From contig CAVTCH010000007.1 in the NCBI GenBank assembly GCA_963733255.1, positions 84,839 through 148,838 on the forward strand: DNA of 64,000 nt. The letters are read 5' to 3'. This document shows positions 1 to 9,452 of the stretch, piece after piece. Both the position numbers and the translations under genes were made by a program. How positions within the stretch are numbered: position 1 is the stretch's first letter; every line of letters begins with the position of its first letter. A model generated the notes under the pieces. That model saw only the letters and a program-made list of their open reading frames with translations. It had not been told where the DNA came from and ran no database searches. Source of the DNA: an uncultured Actinomycetes bacterium (GTDB taxonomy: Bacteria; Actinomycetota; Thermoleophilia; UBA2241).

Positions 1-123
1 CGGAACGGCGGATCGACGGCAGGAGATCGGCGGCAGTGGTCGAACAGCACGCCGACGCACTCAGGCGGGGGTGAAACGCTGATCGAGCATCCACGTGAAG
101 ACCGACGACCGGCAGCACGCGCC

Positions 124-555
124 GTGCTGCGTCTCAGCCTGCCTCCGAGGCGCGCCTCGGCGCGCCGGCTGCGCCTGTCGCTCAGGGCATTCCTGAGCTC
201 GCACGACGTGCCTCGCGCCACGATCGACGAGGTGCTCCTGGCGGCCGACGAAGCCTTCATCAACGCCTTCATGCACGCAGGAGACGTGGACGGCGCGGTC
301 ACCATACAGGCTCAGGTGCGGGCCGACCGGATCCTCGTCGAGATCCGCGACCGCGGCTGCGGCTTCGACGTGGAGGCCCTGGACATCGCTGCGATACCTG
401 ATCCACTCGTCGCGCACGGCCGGGGTCTGTTCATCATCCACCAGGTGATGGACCAGGTCGAGGTCCGCTCGAACGACCGCGGGCAGGGCACGCTGGTGCG
501 CATGGCAAAGACCTTTCCGGGGCGCTCTCCTCGGGTCGCCGAGTCCATGGGCTGA
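124..555 (+). CDS. RsbW/SpoIIAB-type anti-sigma factor serine kinase (GHKL ATPase)
   Basis: 143-aa ORF. Motifs 'EAFINAFMHAG', 'DRGCGFD' and 'GRGLFIIHQVMD' match the N, G1 and G2 boxes of small anti-sigma kinases. The partner STAS/sigma genes would lie outside the window. Confidence 0.75.
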   Translation: MLRLSLPPRRASARRLRLSLRAFLSSHDVPRATIDEVLLAADEAFINAFMHAGDVDGAVTIQAQVRADRILVEIRDRGCGFDVEALDIAAIPDPLVAHGRGLFIIHQVMDQVEVRSNDRGQGTLVRMAKTFPGRSPRVAESMG

Positions 556-1169
556 CCTGGGCCAGGCGGCGCGAGCGCCGCGTCTGAGCTGACGTTCCCC
601 GCGATGCTCAATGCGGCCGCTGCGCCCGAGACGGCCGTGGCCGTCCGACCCGCGCCCGAAACGGCGCCGTCGGCGAGTGTCCTGCCGCCCGTGACGGCGG
701 TGTGGCGGCTGATCGCGGTGCTGCGCGTAGCGACCGCGCGGCGCTGGCTCGCGGCGAGTTGCGCGACGACGACGTGACTCTGGATCGCGGCGAGGTGGCG
801 GATCGTCGCCAGGCTGCGAGTCCCCCTGCCGGCGGCGACGGTGCGGCTTGCGGGTCCCGGCGCCGCCGCGGGCGCCGCGACGGTCGCCGATCCGAGAGAA
901 GCGGGCCCCGACAGCGTCACGGGCGTCGAGTGGGCGGCGGCGTGGCCGCGGACCGCGAGCTTGCCGCCGAAGAGGGTGTTCACCCGGCCGTGGGCGCCGG
1001 GGAGATGGCCGGTGGTCCGTACGGCCGGCGCTACCGCCACCGCCGCCGCGACGAACAGGCCGAGGGCGACGATCATGGCGAGCCAGCGGATGCGGTGCGC
1101 CGCGGTCGGCCGCGCTGCGCGCGAGGCATGCGCCGAGCCGAAGGTCATCTTGAGAGGTGTCATGCTCAT
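312..1169 (-). CDS. hypothetical Ala-rich protein with an N-terminal membrane anchor
   Basis: 285-aa ORF with strong third-position GC in its 5' two thirds and a TM-like segment 'WLAMIVALGLFVAAAVAVAPAV'. The 3' ~244 nt run antisense through the kinase gene, so the true 3' end is uncertain. Confidence 0.35.
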   Translation of the reverse strand: MSMTPLKMTFGSAHASRAARPTAAHRIRWLAMIVALGLFVAAAVAVAPAVRTTGHLPGAHGRVNTLFGGKLAVRGHAAAHSTPVTLSGPASLGSATVAAPAAAPGPASRTVAAGRGTRSLATIRHLAAIQSHVVVAQLAASQRRAVATRSTAISRHTAVTGGRTLADGAVSGAGRTATAVSGAAAALSIAGNVSSDAALAPPGPGQPMDSATRGERPGKVFAMRTSVPCPRSFERTSTWSITWWMMNRPRPCATSGSGIAAMSRASTSKPQPRSRISTRIRSART

Positions 1170-1509
1170 GGTGACTCCTTCATGTCGTGGGGGGCGAAGC
1201 CGCCGGTCCTTTCGTCATCTGCGTTCCGTGGCGCCCTTTTGCCATCGCAAGGAGGCTAGTCCGGCAACGGCGACCGGTCGTCACCCTCGGCGGGTGATTG
1301 GCGGCAGGCCGGGATCGTCGCGGCCCGGCCCGGCCTCACCCTCCGGGCGGGACGACGGGGTGCCCTCCGCCCGGGCACGCGACGATCCGGCAACGCTCCA
1401 CCGATGGTCCGAATCGTGCGAGACTGTCGGGGAACTCGGAAGACACCGTTGTGAGCGTGGCAAAGGCCTAGTACGCTAGACCTGTAAGGCAACGGCGTCG
1501 CGGAGAGCC

Positions 1510-3804
1510 ATGAACCTGGACCATGGCCAAAAGACCAGGGCGGCAGGGCCGCATGCGAACGTGGCAACGGCTCCAGTCGACACGTCGCGCGCGCCGCGGC
1601 GCGACGCGGTCCCCACCTCGCTCTCGCCGTCAAAGCTGGATCCGCCGAAGTTCCACCTTGGGCTCGTCCCTCGCCGCGTGCTCGTCGACTCGCTCCGTCG
1701 CTGCGGCGCGCCGCTCGTGCTGCTGTCGGCCGCCGCCGGGTCGGGCAAGACGGCCTCACTGCTCCAGTGGGTCGCCGCCGAGCGCCGGCCCGTCGCGTGG
1801 TTGCGCCTGGACGCGGCCGACAACGACCCGGTCCTGCTGCTCGTCGCCCTCACGGCGGCGCTCCAGCGCGTGACGCCGCTCGACCCTGCGACGGGCGAGC
1901 TGCTGCGGATCGCCGTACCGCCGGTCTGGGAGCGGGTCGTGCCGGCCCTGGGCGCCGCCGTCGCGGCCGCGCCGCCGTTTCTGCTGGTCGCAGACGACGC
2001 TCAGCAGCTTGTCAATCCCGACTGCTGGCGGATCTTCGCCACGCTGCTCGACTGCCTGTCGCAGGGCAGTCAGGTCGCCGTGTCCACGCGCGTCGACCCG
2101 CCGCTGCCGCTGGCGCGCCTGCGGGCGGCCGGAGCACTGGCCTCGTACGGCATGAACGACCTGGCGTTCGACCGCACCGAGGCGGAGCAGCTCATGAAGC
2201 TGCATGGTGTCTCGCTTGCCATCGACGATCTCGACGCCGTGCTGCGCGCGACCGAGGGTTGGGCGACGGGACTCTCGCTGGCGGCTCTGGCGGTGCCCAA
2301 CCTGCCGGCCGACGAACGACCGGCGGCGGTGCGCGGCGACCTGCGCGAGATCGCGGGCTATCTACTCGGCGAGGTGTTCTCGGGTCAGACGCCCGACACG
2401 CAGGAGTTCCTCTTGCGGACGTCGGTGCTGGAGCGCCTCTCGGCGCCCCTGTGTCACGCCGTCACCGGACGCCGCGACGCCCAGGCTGTGCTGGGTCGCC
2501 TCGCCGACGAGCACCTCTTCGTCGCGGCCGAAGACGACCACGACGAGTGGTTTCGCTACCACCAGCTCTTCGGTGAGTTCCTGCGGGCCGAGCTCGCCCG
2601 GCGCGAACCTGAAGCGGTGGCCGGGCTGTGCCGCAAAGCCGGGGAGTGGTACTTGGACAAGGGCGACCTGCCGCGCGGCATCGTCTACCTTCTCGAGGCC
2701 GGCGAGGACCAACGCGCGGCCGACGAGGTCGCGGCGAGCTGGACCCGCTACTGGGCGAGCGGTCAGAGCGAGACTGTGCGCCGCATGCTCGAGACCTTCA
2801 GCCGCGAGCAGATCCTCGCCAGCGTGGCGCTCACCCTGACCGCCGGCTGGGTCTATTCGGCGATCGGCGACCGCCAGGCGGCGCGAAGCTGGATGCCGGC
2901 CGCCTGCCGCGCCAGGGCCGACGACTCGCCGTCGCCCGACGGCGCCGTGTCGCTGCGCTCGTCGCAGGCCCTGCTGCGCGCGACGCTCGCGCCCGACGGG
3001 GTGATCGCCCTGCGCAAGGACGCGGAGCTTGCCGCGAAGCTCGAGAACCGGCCCGGCTCGAACTGGTACGCCGAGGCCCAGTTCCACCTCGGCTGCGCCC
3101 TCTGGCTGACCGGCGTCGAGACGCGCGCCACGCGGCACCTCGAGGTCGCCGCGCGCGAGGGCGCCGCGGCCAACCAGATCATCGAGATCGCGGCGCTCGG
3201 GCTGCTGGCGCTCATGGCGGTCGAGCAAGGCCGCTGGGAGCAAGCGCAGGAGTATGCGCAACCGGCCGACGAGCGCCTCGCCGAGCTGGGCTTCGGCAGT
3301 CACCGCCGCACGTTGCCGCTGCTGCTCGCCCAGGCGCGCCTGCTGGCGCGGGCCGGCGACCCGGCGCTGGCCGAAAGAGCCGCGCACATCGCGACCATCC
3401 TCGACGACATGGTGCCGGTGCCCTGGCTGACCGTGCTCGCCGGAGTGGTCGTCGGCGAGTGTCTTCTCGAGGTGGGCCAGGTCGAGGCCGCCGACGTCTG
3501 GAGCGGGAGGGCCGTCGACGCCCTGAAGAGCGGCCACGACGTCGGCGTGCTCGAGGGCAGGACCCAGCGTCTGCGCCTTGGCCTCAAGGGGCGCTCGCAG
3601 GCCGACCCCATCTCGCCGGCCGAGCTGCGCGTCCTCGAGCTGCTGCCGACGCACCTGTCGTCGAGCCAGATAGCCGAGAGGCTGTGCGTGTCGACCAACA
3701 CGGTGAAGACACACGCCAAGGCGCTGTATCGCAAGCTCGGAGTCGGTTCGAGGGCCGAGGCCGTCGAAGAGGCTCGCGCGCTGGGCCTGCTTGCGGGACC
3801 GTGA
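1510..3804 (+). CDS. LuxR-family transcriptional regulator, MalT-like (LAL type: NTPase + TPR-like region + C-terminal HTH)
   Basis: 764 aa. Walker A 'SAAAGSGKTASLL' and a 'LLVADDAQQL' Walker B-like segment. C-terminal LuxR HTH 'LSPAELRVLELLPTHLSSSQIAERLCVSTNTVKTHAKALYRKLGV'. Confidence 0.9.
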   Translation: MNLDHGQKTRAAGPHANVATAPVDTSRAPRRDAVPTSLSPSKLDPPKFHLGLVPRRVLVDSLRRCGAPLVLLSAAAGSGKTASLLQWVAAERRPVAWLRLDAADNDPVLLLVALTAALQRVTPLDPATGELLRIAVPPVWERVVPALGAAVAAAPPFLLVADDAQQLVNPDCWRIFATLLDCLSQGSQVAVSTRVDPPLPLARLRAAGALASYGMNDLAFDRTEAEQLMKLHGVSLAIDDLDAVLRATEGWATGLSLAALAVPNLPADERPAAVRGDLREIAGYLLGEVFSGQTPDTQEFLLRTSVLERLSAPLCHAVTGRRDAQAVLGRLADEHLFVAAEDDHDEWFRYHQLFGEFLRAELARREPEAVAGLCRKAGEWYLDKGDLPRGIVYLLEAGEDQRAADEVAASWTRYWASGQSETVRRMLETFSREQILASVALTLTAGWVYSAIGDRQAARSWMPAACRARADDSPSPDGAVSLRSSQALLRATLAPDGVIALRKDAELAAKLENRPGSNWYAEAQFHLGCALWLTGVETRATRHLEVAAREGAAANQIIEIAALGLLALMAVEQGRWEQAQEYAQPADERLAELGFGSHRRTLPLLLAQARLLARAGDPALAERAAHIATILDDMVPVPWLTVLAGVVVGECLLEVGQVEAADVWSGRAVDALKSGHDVGVLEGRTQRLRLGLKGRSQADPISPAELRVLELLPTHLSSSQIAERLCVSTNTVKTHAKALYRKLGVGSRAEAVEEARALGLLAGP

Positions 3805-3937
3805 GCGCCGAGCCTGCGGTACAGTGTGGCGCGCAGTGGGCATATCGCGTAGGAAGGTCGTAGTCACGGCTCTGGGCTGCGGCGTGCGACCGATCAGTTC
3901 TACGTGGTCGGGGGATCCTTCAAGCGAGGAGGCGGGG

Positions 3938-4612
3938 ATGGACGAAACGCCGTGGCAGGCAGACAAGCCCGCGCACGACGACGACGACGAGGGGCTCGTC
4001 GTCGTTCAGGAAGAAGTCGCGGTCAGCAGGCGCGAAGCGCACCGGATCGACCGCGAGGCCGGCTGGGCCGCGCACAACTGGGGCTGGCTGCTCGCCTTCG
4101 GCGCGATCGCCATCGTGTTCGGCGTGATCGTGCTGAGCCACGCCTTCGGCAGCCTGAGCTCCCTGGTGTGGCTCACCGGACTCTTCCTGGTGTTCATGGG
4201 CGTCGCCCAGGTCGTGACGCTGGGCAGGGGCGGGCCGAGGGGCGCGCATCTGGGCGCCGCCGTCATCGCTCTCGTCGGCGGCATCGTCCTGCTGGCCTGG
4301 CCGGGGGAGACCCTCAAGGTCGTGGCCTTCGTCGGTGGCATCACGGTGCTGCTCTGGGGCGTCGTACGCGCTCTGGCGGCCTTCAGGGGTCCGCTGGAGA
4401 CGCGCGCTCACGACGCCGCCGTAAGCATCGCGCTGATCGTGCTGGGGATCCTCATGATGATCTGGCCCGGGGCGACCGTCACCCTCATCGGCGTCTTCGT
4501 CGGCCTCATCGGCATCGTCTGGGGCATCGTCATGGTGCTCGGCTCCTTGCGCTTGCGCAAGGAGGGGCGGCGCTGGCAGGAGATGCGCGCCAGGGCGCGC
4601 GAGGTGCGCTAG
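3938..4612 (+). CDS. HdeD/DUF308-family membrane protein
   Basis: Internal ATG at 3938 preceded by GAGGAGG. Repeated TM hairpins ('WGWLLAFGAIAIVFGVIVL', 'LIGVFVGLIGIVWGIVMVLG') typical of DUF308. Confidence 0.8.
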   Translation: MDETPWQADKPAHDDDDEGLVVVQEEVAVSRREAHRIDREAGWAAHNWGWLLAFGAIAIVFGVIVLSHAFGSLSSLVWLTGLFLVFMGVAQVVTLGRGGPRGAHLGAAVIALVGGIVLLAWPGETLKVVAFVGGITVLLWGVVRALAAFRGPLETRAHDAAVSIALIVLGILMMIWPGATVTLIGVFVGLIGIVWGIVMVLGSLRLRKEGRRWQEMRARAREVR

Positions 4613-4656
4613 CACGCGGACCTGCCCGCGCGAGCATCGCCCCTCAGGCGGCGCGG

Positions 4657-5313
4657 TCAGGCCGAGCGGCCGAGCTCGCCCTTGAGGAAGTAGTCGAGAG
4701 CCGGCCCGGCCCACGCGGCGATCGTCTCGTGGTCGGCGCTCGCCAGCGGCTCCTGGCAGAGCACGTAGCGACTCAGGGCCAGGCCCAGCAGCTCTGAGAC
4801 CGCCAGGCGCGCTCGCGGACAGGCGTCGGTGGCGCGCTCACTGGCGGCGTAAGGCGCGATCAGCGAGGCGATCGTGTGGGCCTCGATGGCGGCCGCCAGG
4901 CGCCGGTCGGTGCCGGCGGCCGCGCACAGGCAGCGCAGGATGACGGCGTTGTCGGCGGTCTCCCAGAACCGCAGGTAACGGGTCACGATCTCAGCCCCCG
5001 ACCAGGCGAGCGCGGGCCGCCACGCTCTGCGTGGCGGCAGCGGTCGGAGCGCCGACAGGACGAGCTCTGCCTTGGTCGGATAGCAACGCCGCACGTCGGC
5101 CGGCGTGACGCCCGCCAGGCGCGCGACGAAGGTGTAGGTCACCTGGTCGTAGGGGCGCGCCTGCAGCGCTTCGGGCAGCACTCCCACGATCGTCCGACGG
5201 ATCGCGTCATCGGTCCGCGAGCAGGGGATGGTCGTCGTGAGGGCGCCGCTCGGCGTGCAGGTGCCGCCCGGCGCGCGGCGGCCGCTGCCGGGCCCGCGCG
5301 TGACGCCCGGCAT
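4657..5313 (-). CDS. TetR-like transcriptional regulator
   Basis: HTH-like segment 'YDQVTYTFVARLAGVTPADVRRCYPTKAELVLSAL' followed by a helical ligand-domain-like C-terminus. Start is uncertain: the ORF extends to 5424 through an 18-nt tandem duplication, and ATG 5313 was chosen. Confidence 0.6.
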   Translation of the reverse strand: MPGVTRGPGSGRRAPGGTCTPSGALTTTIPCSRTDDAIRRTIVGVLPEALQARPYDQVTYTFVARLAGVTPADVRRCYPTKAELVLSALRPLPPRRAWRPALAWSGAEIVTRYLRFWETADNAVILRCLCAAAGTDRRLAAAIEAHTIASLIAPYAASERATDACPRARLAVSELLGLALSRYVLCQEPLASADHETIAAWAGPALDYFLKGELGRSA

Positions 5314-5668
5314 GCCGGCGACCTTCGGCCCGCCGGCGACGCTCGGCCAGCGGGTGTCGCTCGGCCCGCGGACGATGCTCGGCCCGCGGACGATGCTCGG
5401 CGCGGCCGGCCTAGAAGTCGACACGGATCCAGCTCGACCAGCGCGCCAGCCGGCACTCGAGCCGCCGGCCCAAAGCGGTCGTGCGCGACCGCGCGCGGGT
5501 CACGGGGGATGCCGGCACGGTGCCGGGTGAGCACGCGGGCACAGCCGGGCCCGCCGCGGGCGCGGCGCGGGCGGCGACCTCTCTCTGGCGCGGGCCATCG
5601 GCCGCCCGGCCGGCGTGCGTCACAGGGTCGTTGTCGCGGAGGTCGGACATGGTCTCCTCCTTACCGTC

Positions 5669-7930
5669 TCAGGAGCTCGAGGTGGGGCTTGTCAGGTCGT
5701 AGACGGTGACCCCGCTCACCGTCTGTGAGGTGAAGTGGGCCGCGACCCACGACGAGATGGCGCTCATCGACGTGGTGCCGCTCGATGCCTGTCCGGTGGC
5801 ACCCGTGGCGTTGGCCGCCGTGCCGCCGTCCGTGCTGCCGGTGGCCTGGGGAGCGCCCGATCCGCTCGTACCGCCGGCGATGAAGTAGTGCACCTTGCCC
5901 GCCGCGACCAGGGCCTTGAACTCGGCCAGCGTCGGGTACGGGTCGCTGCCGTTGAAACCGCCGAGGCTCATCACCGGATCGTCCGTGGCGAGCTGATAGC
6001 CGGCCGCCGACTGGGCGCCGACGGTGGCCGCCACCCACGTGTAGCGGTTCGCGTCGTGCTTCAGCAGCTTGACGAGTGCGGCGTTCGGACTGCTGGCGTT
6101 GAGCAGCCCTCCAGCGCCACCCGCGCCGCCACCCGCGCCGCCGCCCGGTCCACCGTCCGCCGCACCGTTCGGCGCGCCGTTGAGGCTCGGCGGCGCGCCG
6201 CCCGTGCCGCCCGCGCCGTTCGAACCGCCGGCTACGGTCGAGCTCCCGGCTCCGGTCGAGCCGCCCGGCGCGTTCGTGCCGCCGGGGCCGTTCGAACCAC
6301 CCGGGGCGCCGCCGCCGAACGCGGTCGCGCCTCGGTTGCCGCCGGGGCCGAACCTGCCGGCGCCGCCGGCGACCGTCGGTCCCGCGGTGGGCAACGAGCC
6401 GGAATGGGCCGTCGCCGACGTCTGCAGGGAGTACAGCCCCGGGCCCGCGAGGGCGAGCGCGCAGGCCACGCCGGCCAGCGCCAGAGCGGTTCGTCTACCG
6501 AGGCGGTCGGCGACGATGAGCAGGGCGGCCGCCGCGAGGCCGCCCACCAGGACGGCGAAGCGCAGCCACGGCTGCCAGGCCGGCGAGCGGTCGAGCAGGA
6601 CGAACGACCAGGCGGCCGTCGCGGCGATGATGCCCGCCAGACACAGCCGCCAGGCGATCTTCGAACGGTGGGCCCACAGCGTCGTGGTGCCGATGCCGAC
6701 CAGCGCTCCGATCGCGGGCGCCAGGGCCACCGAGTAGTACTCGTGGATGATGCCTTGGGCGAAGCTGAAGACGACCGCGGTGACGAGCAGGCTGCCGCCC
6801 CACAGCAGCGCCGCGGCGCGTGTGTGGTCGGTGCGCGGTGCACGGCGGGTGAGGCAGAGCAGCGCGACGCCGAACAGGAGCGCGGCCGGCAGCAGCCAGG
6901 CGATCTGCCCGCCCCAGCTCGAGGTGAACATGCGGTCCCAGCCGGTGCTGCCCCAGGCGCCGGCCTGGCCGGTCCCGCCCGGCACGACGCTGCCGGTCTC
7001 GTTGCCGGTGATGCGGCCCAGGCCGTTGTAGCCGAAGATCAGCTCGACGACGCTGTTGGTCTGCGAGCCACCGATGTACGGCCGGCTCGAGGCCGGCCAG
7101 AGCTGCACTACGGCCACCCACCAGCCGCCGGACACGAGCAGGGCGACGGCGGCCACCGCGAGCTGGCGGAGCCGGCGCAGCGGGCTCGTGGGCGCGGCGA
7201 TGGCATAGACCAGCGCGAAGGCCGGCACGACCAGCAGGGCCTGGAGCATCTTGGTGGTGAAGCCCATCCCGACGAAGACCGCCGCCAGCGCGAGCCAGCG
7301 GCCGTCGGCCTTCTCGAGCGCGCGGGTGACGGCCCAGGCGCCGAGCGTCAGCAGCAGGACGAGCAGGGCGTCCGGGTTGTTGAAGCGGAACATGAGGGTC
7401 GCCACCGGCGTGAGGGCCAGCGCGAGGCCGGCCAGCAGGCCGGCGACCGGGCCGAACCAGCGACGCACGGTGACGTAGAGCACGCCGACGGTGGCGACGC
7501 CCTCGAGCGCCTGCGGCACGAGGATGCTCCACGAGTTGACGCCGAACAGGCGGGCCGACAGCTCCATGATCCACAGGGACGCCGGCGGCTTGTCGACGGT
7601 GATGAAGTTGGCGGCGTCGGAGGAGCCGAAGAAGAAGGCCTTCCAGCTGTGGGCGCCGGCCTGCACCGCGGCCGAATAGAAGGCGTTGGCCCAGCCCGAC
7701 CGGTTCAGGCCGATCAGGTAGAGCAGAGTGGCGCCGGCCAGCAGGGCGAGCAGCGCCGGCCGCGCCCAGGCAGGGTCTTCGGGCCGGCCGCGCCACAGGC
7801 TGCGCCAGAGCCGGCGCAGCCGTGACGCGCGGCCCGCGCCGGCTGGGGCGTCGGTCGCGGCGTCGCTGCCGCGCCGCGACCCGGACGCGTCGGTGAAGGT
7901 GTCGTCGGTCGTGGTCACCGGTGTGGTCAC
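5669..7930 (-). CDS. glycosyltransferase family 39 (ArnT/PMT-like) polytopic membrane protein
   Basis: Motifs 'DKPPASLWIMELSARLFG' and 'FRFNNPDALLVLLL', many TM segments, a Gly-rich linker and a conserved C-terminal 'YTWVAATVGAQSAAGYQLATDDPVMSLGGFNGSDP'. GTG at 7930 overlaps the upstream stop as GTGA. The 992-aa ORF in the track is an artefactual 5' extension. Confidence 0.85.
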   Translation of the reverse strand: MTTPVTTTDDTFTDASGSRRGSDAATDAPAGAGRASRLRRLWRSLWRGRPEDPAWARPALLALLAGATLLYLIGLNRSGWANAFYSAAVQAGAHSWKAFFFGSSDAANFITVDKPPASLWIMELSARLFGVNSWSILVPQALEGVATVGVLYVTVRRWFGPVAGLLAGLALALTPVATLMFRFNNPDALLVLLLTLGAWAVTRALEKADGRWLALAAVFVGMGFTTKMLQALLVVPAFALVYAIAAPTSPLRRLRQLAVAAVALLVSGGWWVAVVQLWPASSRPYIGGSQTNSVVELIFGYNGLGRITGNETGSVVPGGTGQAGAWGSTGWDRMFTSSWGGQIAWLLPAALLFGVALLCLTRRAPRTDHTRAAALLWGGSLLVTAVVFSFAQGIIHEYYSVALAPAIGALVGIGTTTLWAHRSKIAWRLCLAGIIAATAAWSFVLLDRSPAWQPWLRFAVLVGGLAAAALLIVADRLGRRTALALAGVACALALAGPGLYSLQTSATAHSGSLPTAGPTVAGGAGRFGPGGNRGATAFGGGAPGGSNGPGGTNAPGGSTGAGSSTVAGGSNGAGGTGGAPPSLNGAPNGAADGGPGGGAGGGAGGAGGLLNASSPNAALVKLLKHDANRYTWVAATVGAQSAAGYQLATDDPVMSLGGFNGSDPYPTLAEFKALVAAGKVHYFIAGGTSGSGAPQATGSTDGGTAANATGATGQASSGTTSMSAISSWVAAHFTSQTVSGVTVYDLTSPTSSS

Positions 7931-9264
7931 AGGTCCTCCTGCTCGAGACGTGCCGAATGGCGCGGAAACAGCCAGATGCGGAAGAGTGCGAAGCGCAGCA
8001 GGGTCGCCGTCACGTTGGCGCTCACCAGCACGGCGAGCTCGACGGCGCGCGCGGCGGTCGGGTCGGTGTGCTGCAGTACCAGCAGGCTGCCGCTGGTCAC
8101 GGCGAGGCCCAAAGCGAACACGACGAGGCCCTGACCCTGGTGGCGCAGGCGCCCCGCCGGGCCGCGCACGCCGAACGTGAGGCGCCGGTTGGCGGCGGTG
8201 TTGGCGACCGCCGTGACGAGCAGCGCCAGCGCGTTCGCCCACTGGGCGGACAGAGTCTCGCGACCCAGCAGGTAGAGGAGAAGGTAGGCCAGTGTGCTGG
8301 CCACGCCGATCAGACCGAACCGCAGGAGCTGTCCGGCCAGCCGCGCGGGCGCGGGCCCGGCGGCGCCGGGGCGCCGGTCGCGCGGGTCGCGCGCGGTCGG
8401 CAAGGCCAGCTTGCCGCTTCGCAACGTACGACTCAGCCGGGCGATGCCCTTGATGTCGGCCACCGCCGTCGCGGCGATGTCGACGCGCGAGTCGGGGTCG
8501 TCGAGCCAGTCGACCGGCACCTCGTGGATGCGCAGGCCGGCGCGCTCGGCCAGCACGAGCAGCTCGGTGTCGAAGAACCAGCCGGTGTCGGACACGAGGG
8601 GGAGGAGCTCCCGCGCCCGCTCGGCGCGGATCGCCTTGAAGCCGCACTGGGCGTCGGAGAAGCGGGCCCCGAGCGTCGCGTGCAGAAGCAGGTTGTAGCA
8701 GCGCGAGATCACTTCGCGCTTGGCGCCGCGCACCACGAACGACGTGCGTGAGAGCCGTGTGCCGATGGCGATGTCGGAGTGGCCCGAAAGGAGCGGCGCG
8801 ACCAGGGGCAGGACGGCGGCCAGGTCGGTCGACAGGTCGACGTCCATGTAGGCGAGCACGGTGGCGTCACTTGCCGTCCATACCGCATGCAGCGCCCGTC
8901 CGCGGCCCTTGGCGTCGAGATGGACGGCGTGCACGCCGGGCAGGGTCTCGGCCAGTGACTGGGCGATGGCCCACGTGCCGTCGCTGCTCGCGTTGTCGGC
9001 GATGGTGATGCGAAAGGTGAACGGCAGCGTCCGTGAGAGGTAGTCGTGCAGGCGCGTCACGCTGCGGGCCAGATCGCCTTCTTCGTTGAACACGGGGACG
9101 ACCATGTCGACCGCCGGCGCGGGCGCCGAAGCCGGCATCACGGCAAGGCCGCGGCGCCCGTCGTGAGCGGTGAGCGGCCGGAAGGGAGAATCCGCGCCGG
9201 ATCGTCGCGCGTCGCGCGGTGGGTCTGCCGTATCGGGTGAGGACGCTGCCGTCATGACGGTCAA
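7927..9264 (-). CDS. bifunctional GT2 polyprenol-phosphate glycosyltransferase / GtrA-like flippase-domain protein
   Basis: GT2 core 'VVPVFNEEGDL...ITIADNASSDGT...YMDVDLSTD...QCGFKA'. C-terminal GtrA-like TM domain 'LLRFGLIGVASTLAYLLLY...NRRLTF'. Start is TTG 9264 or ATG 9255. Confidence 0.9.
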   Translation of the reverse strand: MTVMTAASSPDTADPPRDARRSGADSPFRPLTAHDGRRGLAVMPASAPAPAVDMVVPVFNEEGDLARSVTRLHDYLSRTLPFTFRITIADNASSDGTWAIAQSLAETLPGVHAVHLDAKGRGRALHAVWTASDATVLAYMDVDLSTDLAAVLPLVAPLLSGHSDIAIGTRLSRTSFVVRGAKREVISRCYNLLLHATLGARFSDAQCGFKAIRAERARELLPLVSDTGWFFDTELLVLAERAGLRIHEVPVDWLDDPDSRVDIAATAVADIKGIARLSRTLRSGKLALPTARDPRDRRPGAAGPAPARLAGQLLRFGLIGVASTLAYLLLYLLGRETLSAQWANALALLVTAVANTAANRRLTFGVRGPAGRLRHQGQGLVVFALGLAVTSGSLLVLQHTDPTAARAVELAVLVSANVTATLLRFALFRIWLFPRHSARLEQEDL

Positions 9265-9346
9265 GGTATCCGCTCGCCCTGAGGCCGCCCTGAAGCACGG
9301 CTGGGAGGTTTCTGTGACGAACGCGGGCGGCCAACGGGGCTTCCAT

Positions 9347-9376
9347 TTGCCGCGCCCCGACCGCGGCGACTACACT
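9347..9376 (+). promoter_or_regulatory. candidate sigma-70-type promoter (TTGCCG-N18-TACACT) upstream of the G1 peptidase gene
   Basis: Hexamers read directly from the sequence, about 77 nt upstream of the GTG at 9453. Pattern match only. Confidence 0.25.
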
Positions 9377-9452
9377 GGTACGTCGTGCGTGCGCGGCGGG
9401 CCCTGAGCGCACGCGTGTCCGCTTCTTGTTTCGGAACAGCTGGAGGGCTTAC

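Noticed and set aside
2362-3966. A long minus-strand ORF (534 aa) opposite the LuxR/MalT gene. There are many similar cases: 5735..7825 +, 10221..11792 -, 15368..17002 -, 15739..17805 +, 24559..25929 -, 26994..28397 -, 37500..39266 -, 39238..40722 -, 43905..45023 -, 46843..48153 -, 47559..50120 +, 50051..51580 -, 59981..61186 -, 61316..62968 -.
   Set aside because: These are shadow ORFs typical of ~70% GC DNA. Their compositions are Arg/Gly/Pro/Ala-dominated, they have no recognisable motifs, and each overlaps a gene with clear family signatures on the other strand or frame.
5669-8647. A 992-aa version of the GT39 protein.
   Set aside because: The N-terminal ~240 residues are Arg/Pro/Ala-rich and lie antisense-frame over the well-supported GT2-GtrA gene. 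The GTG at 7930, overlapping the upstream stop, gives a normal GT39 N-terminus.
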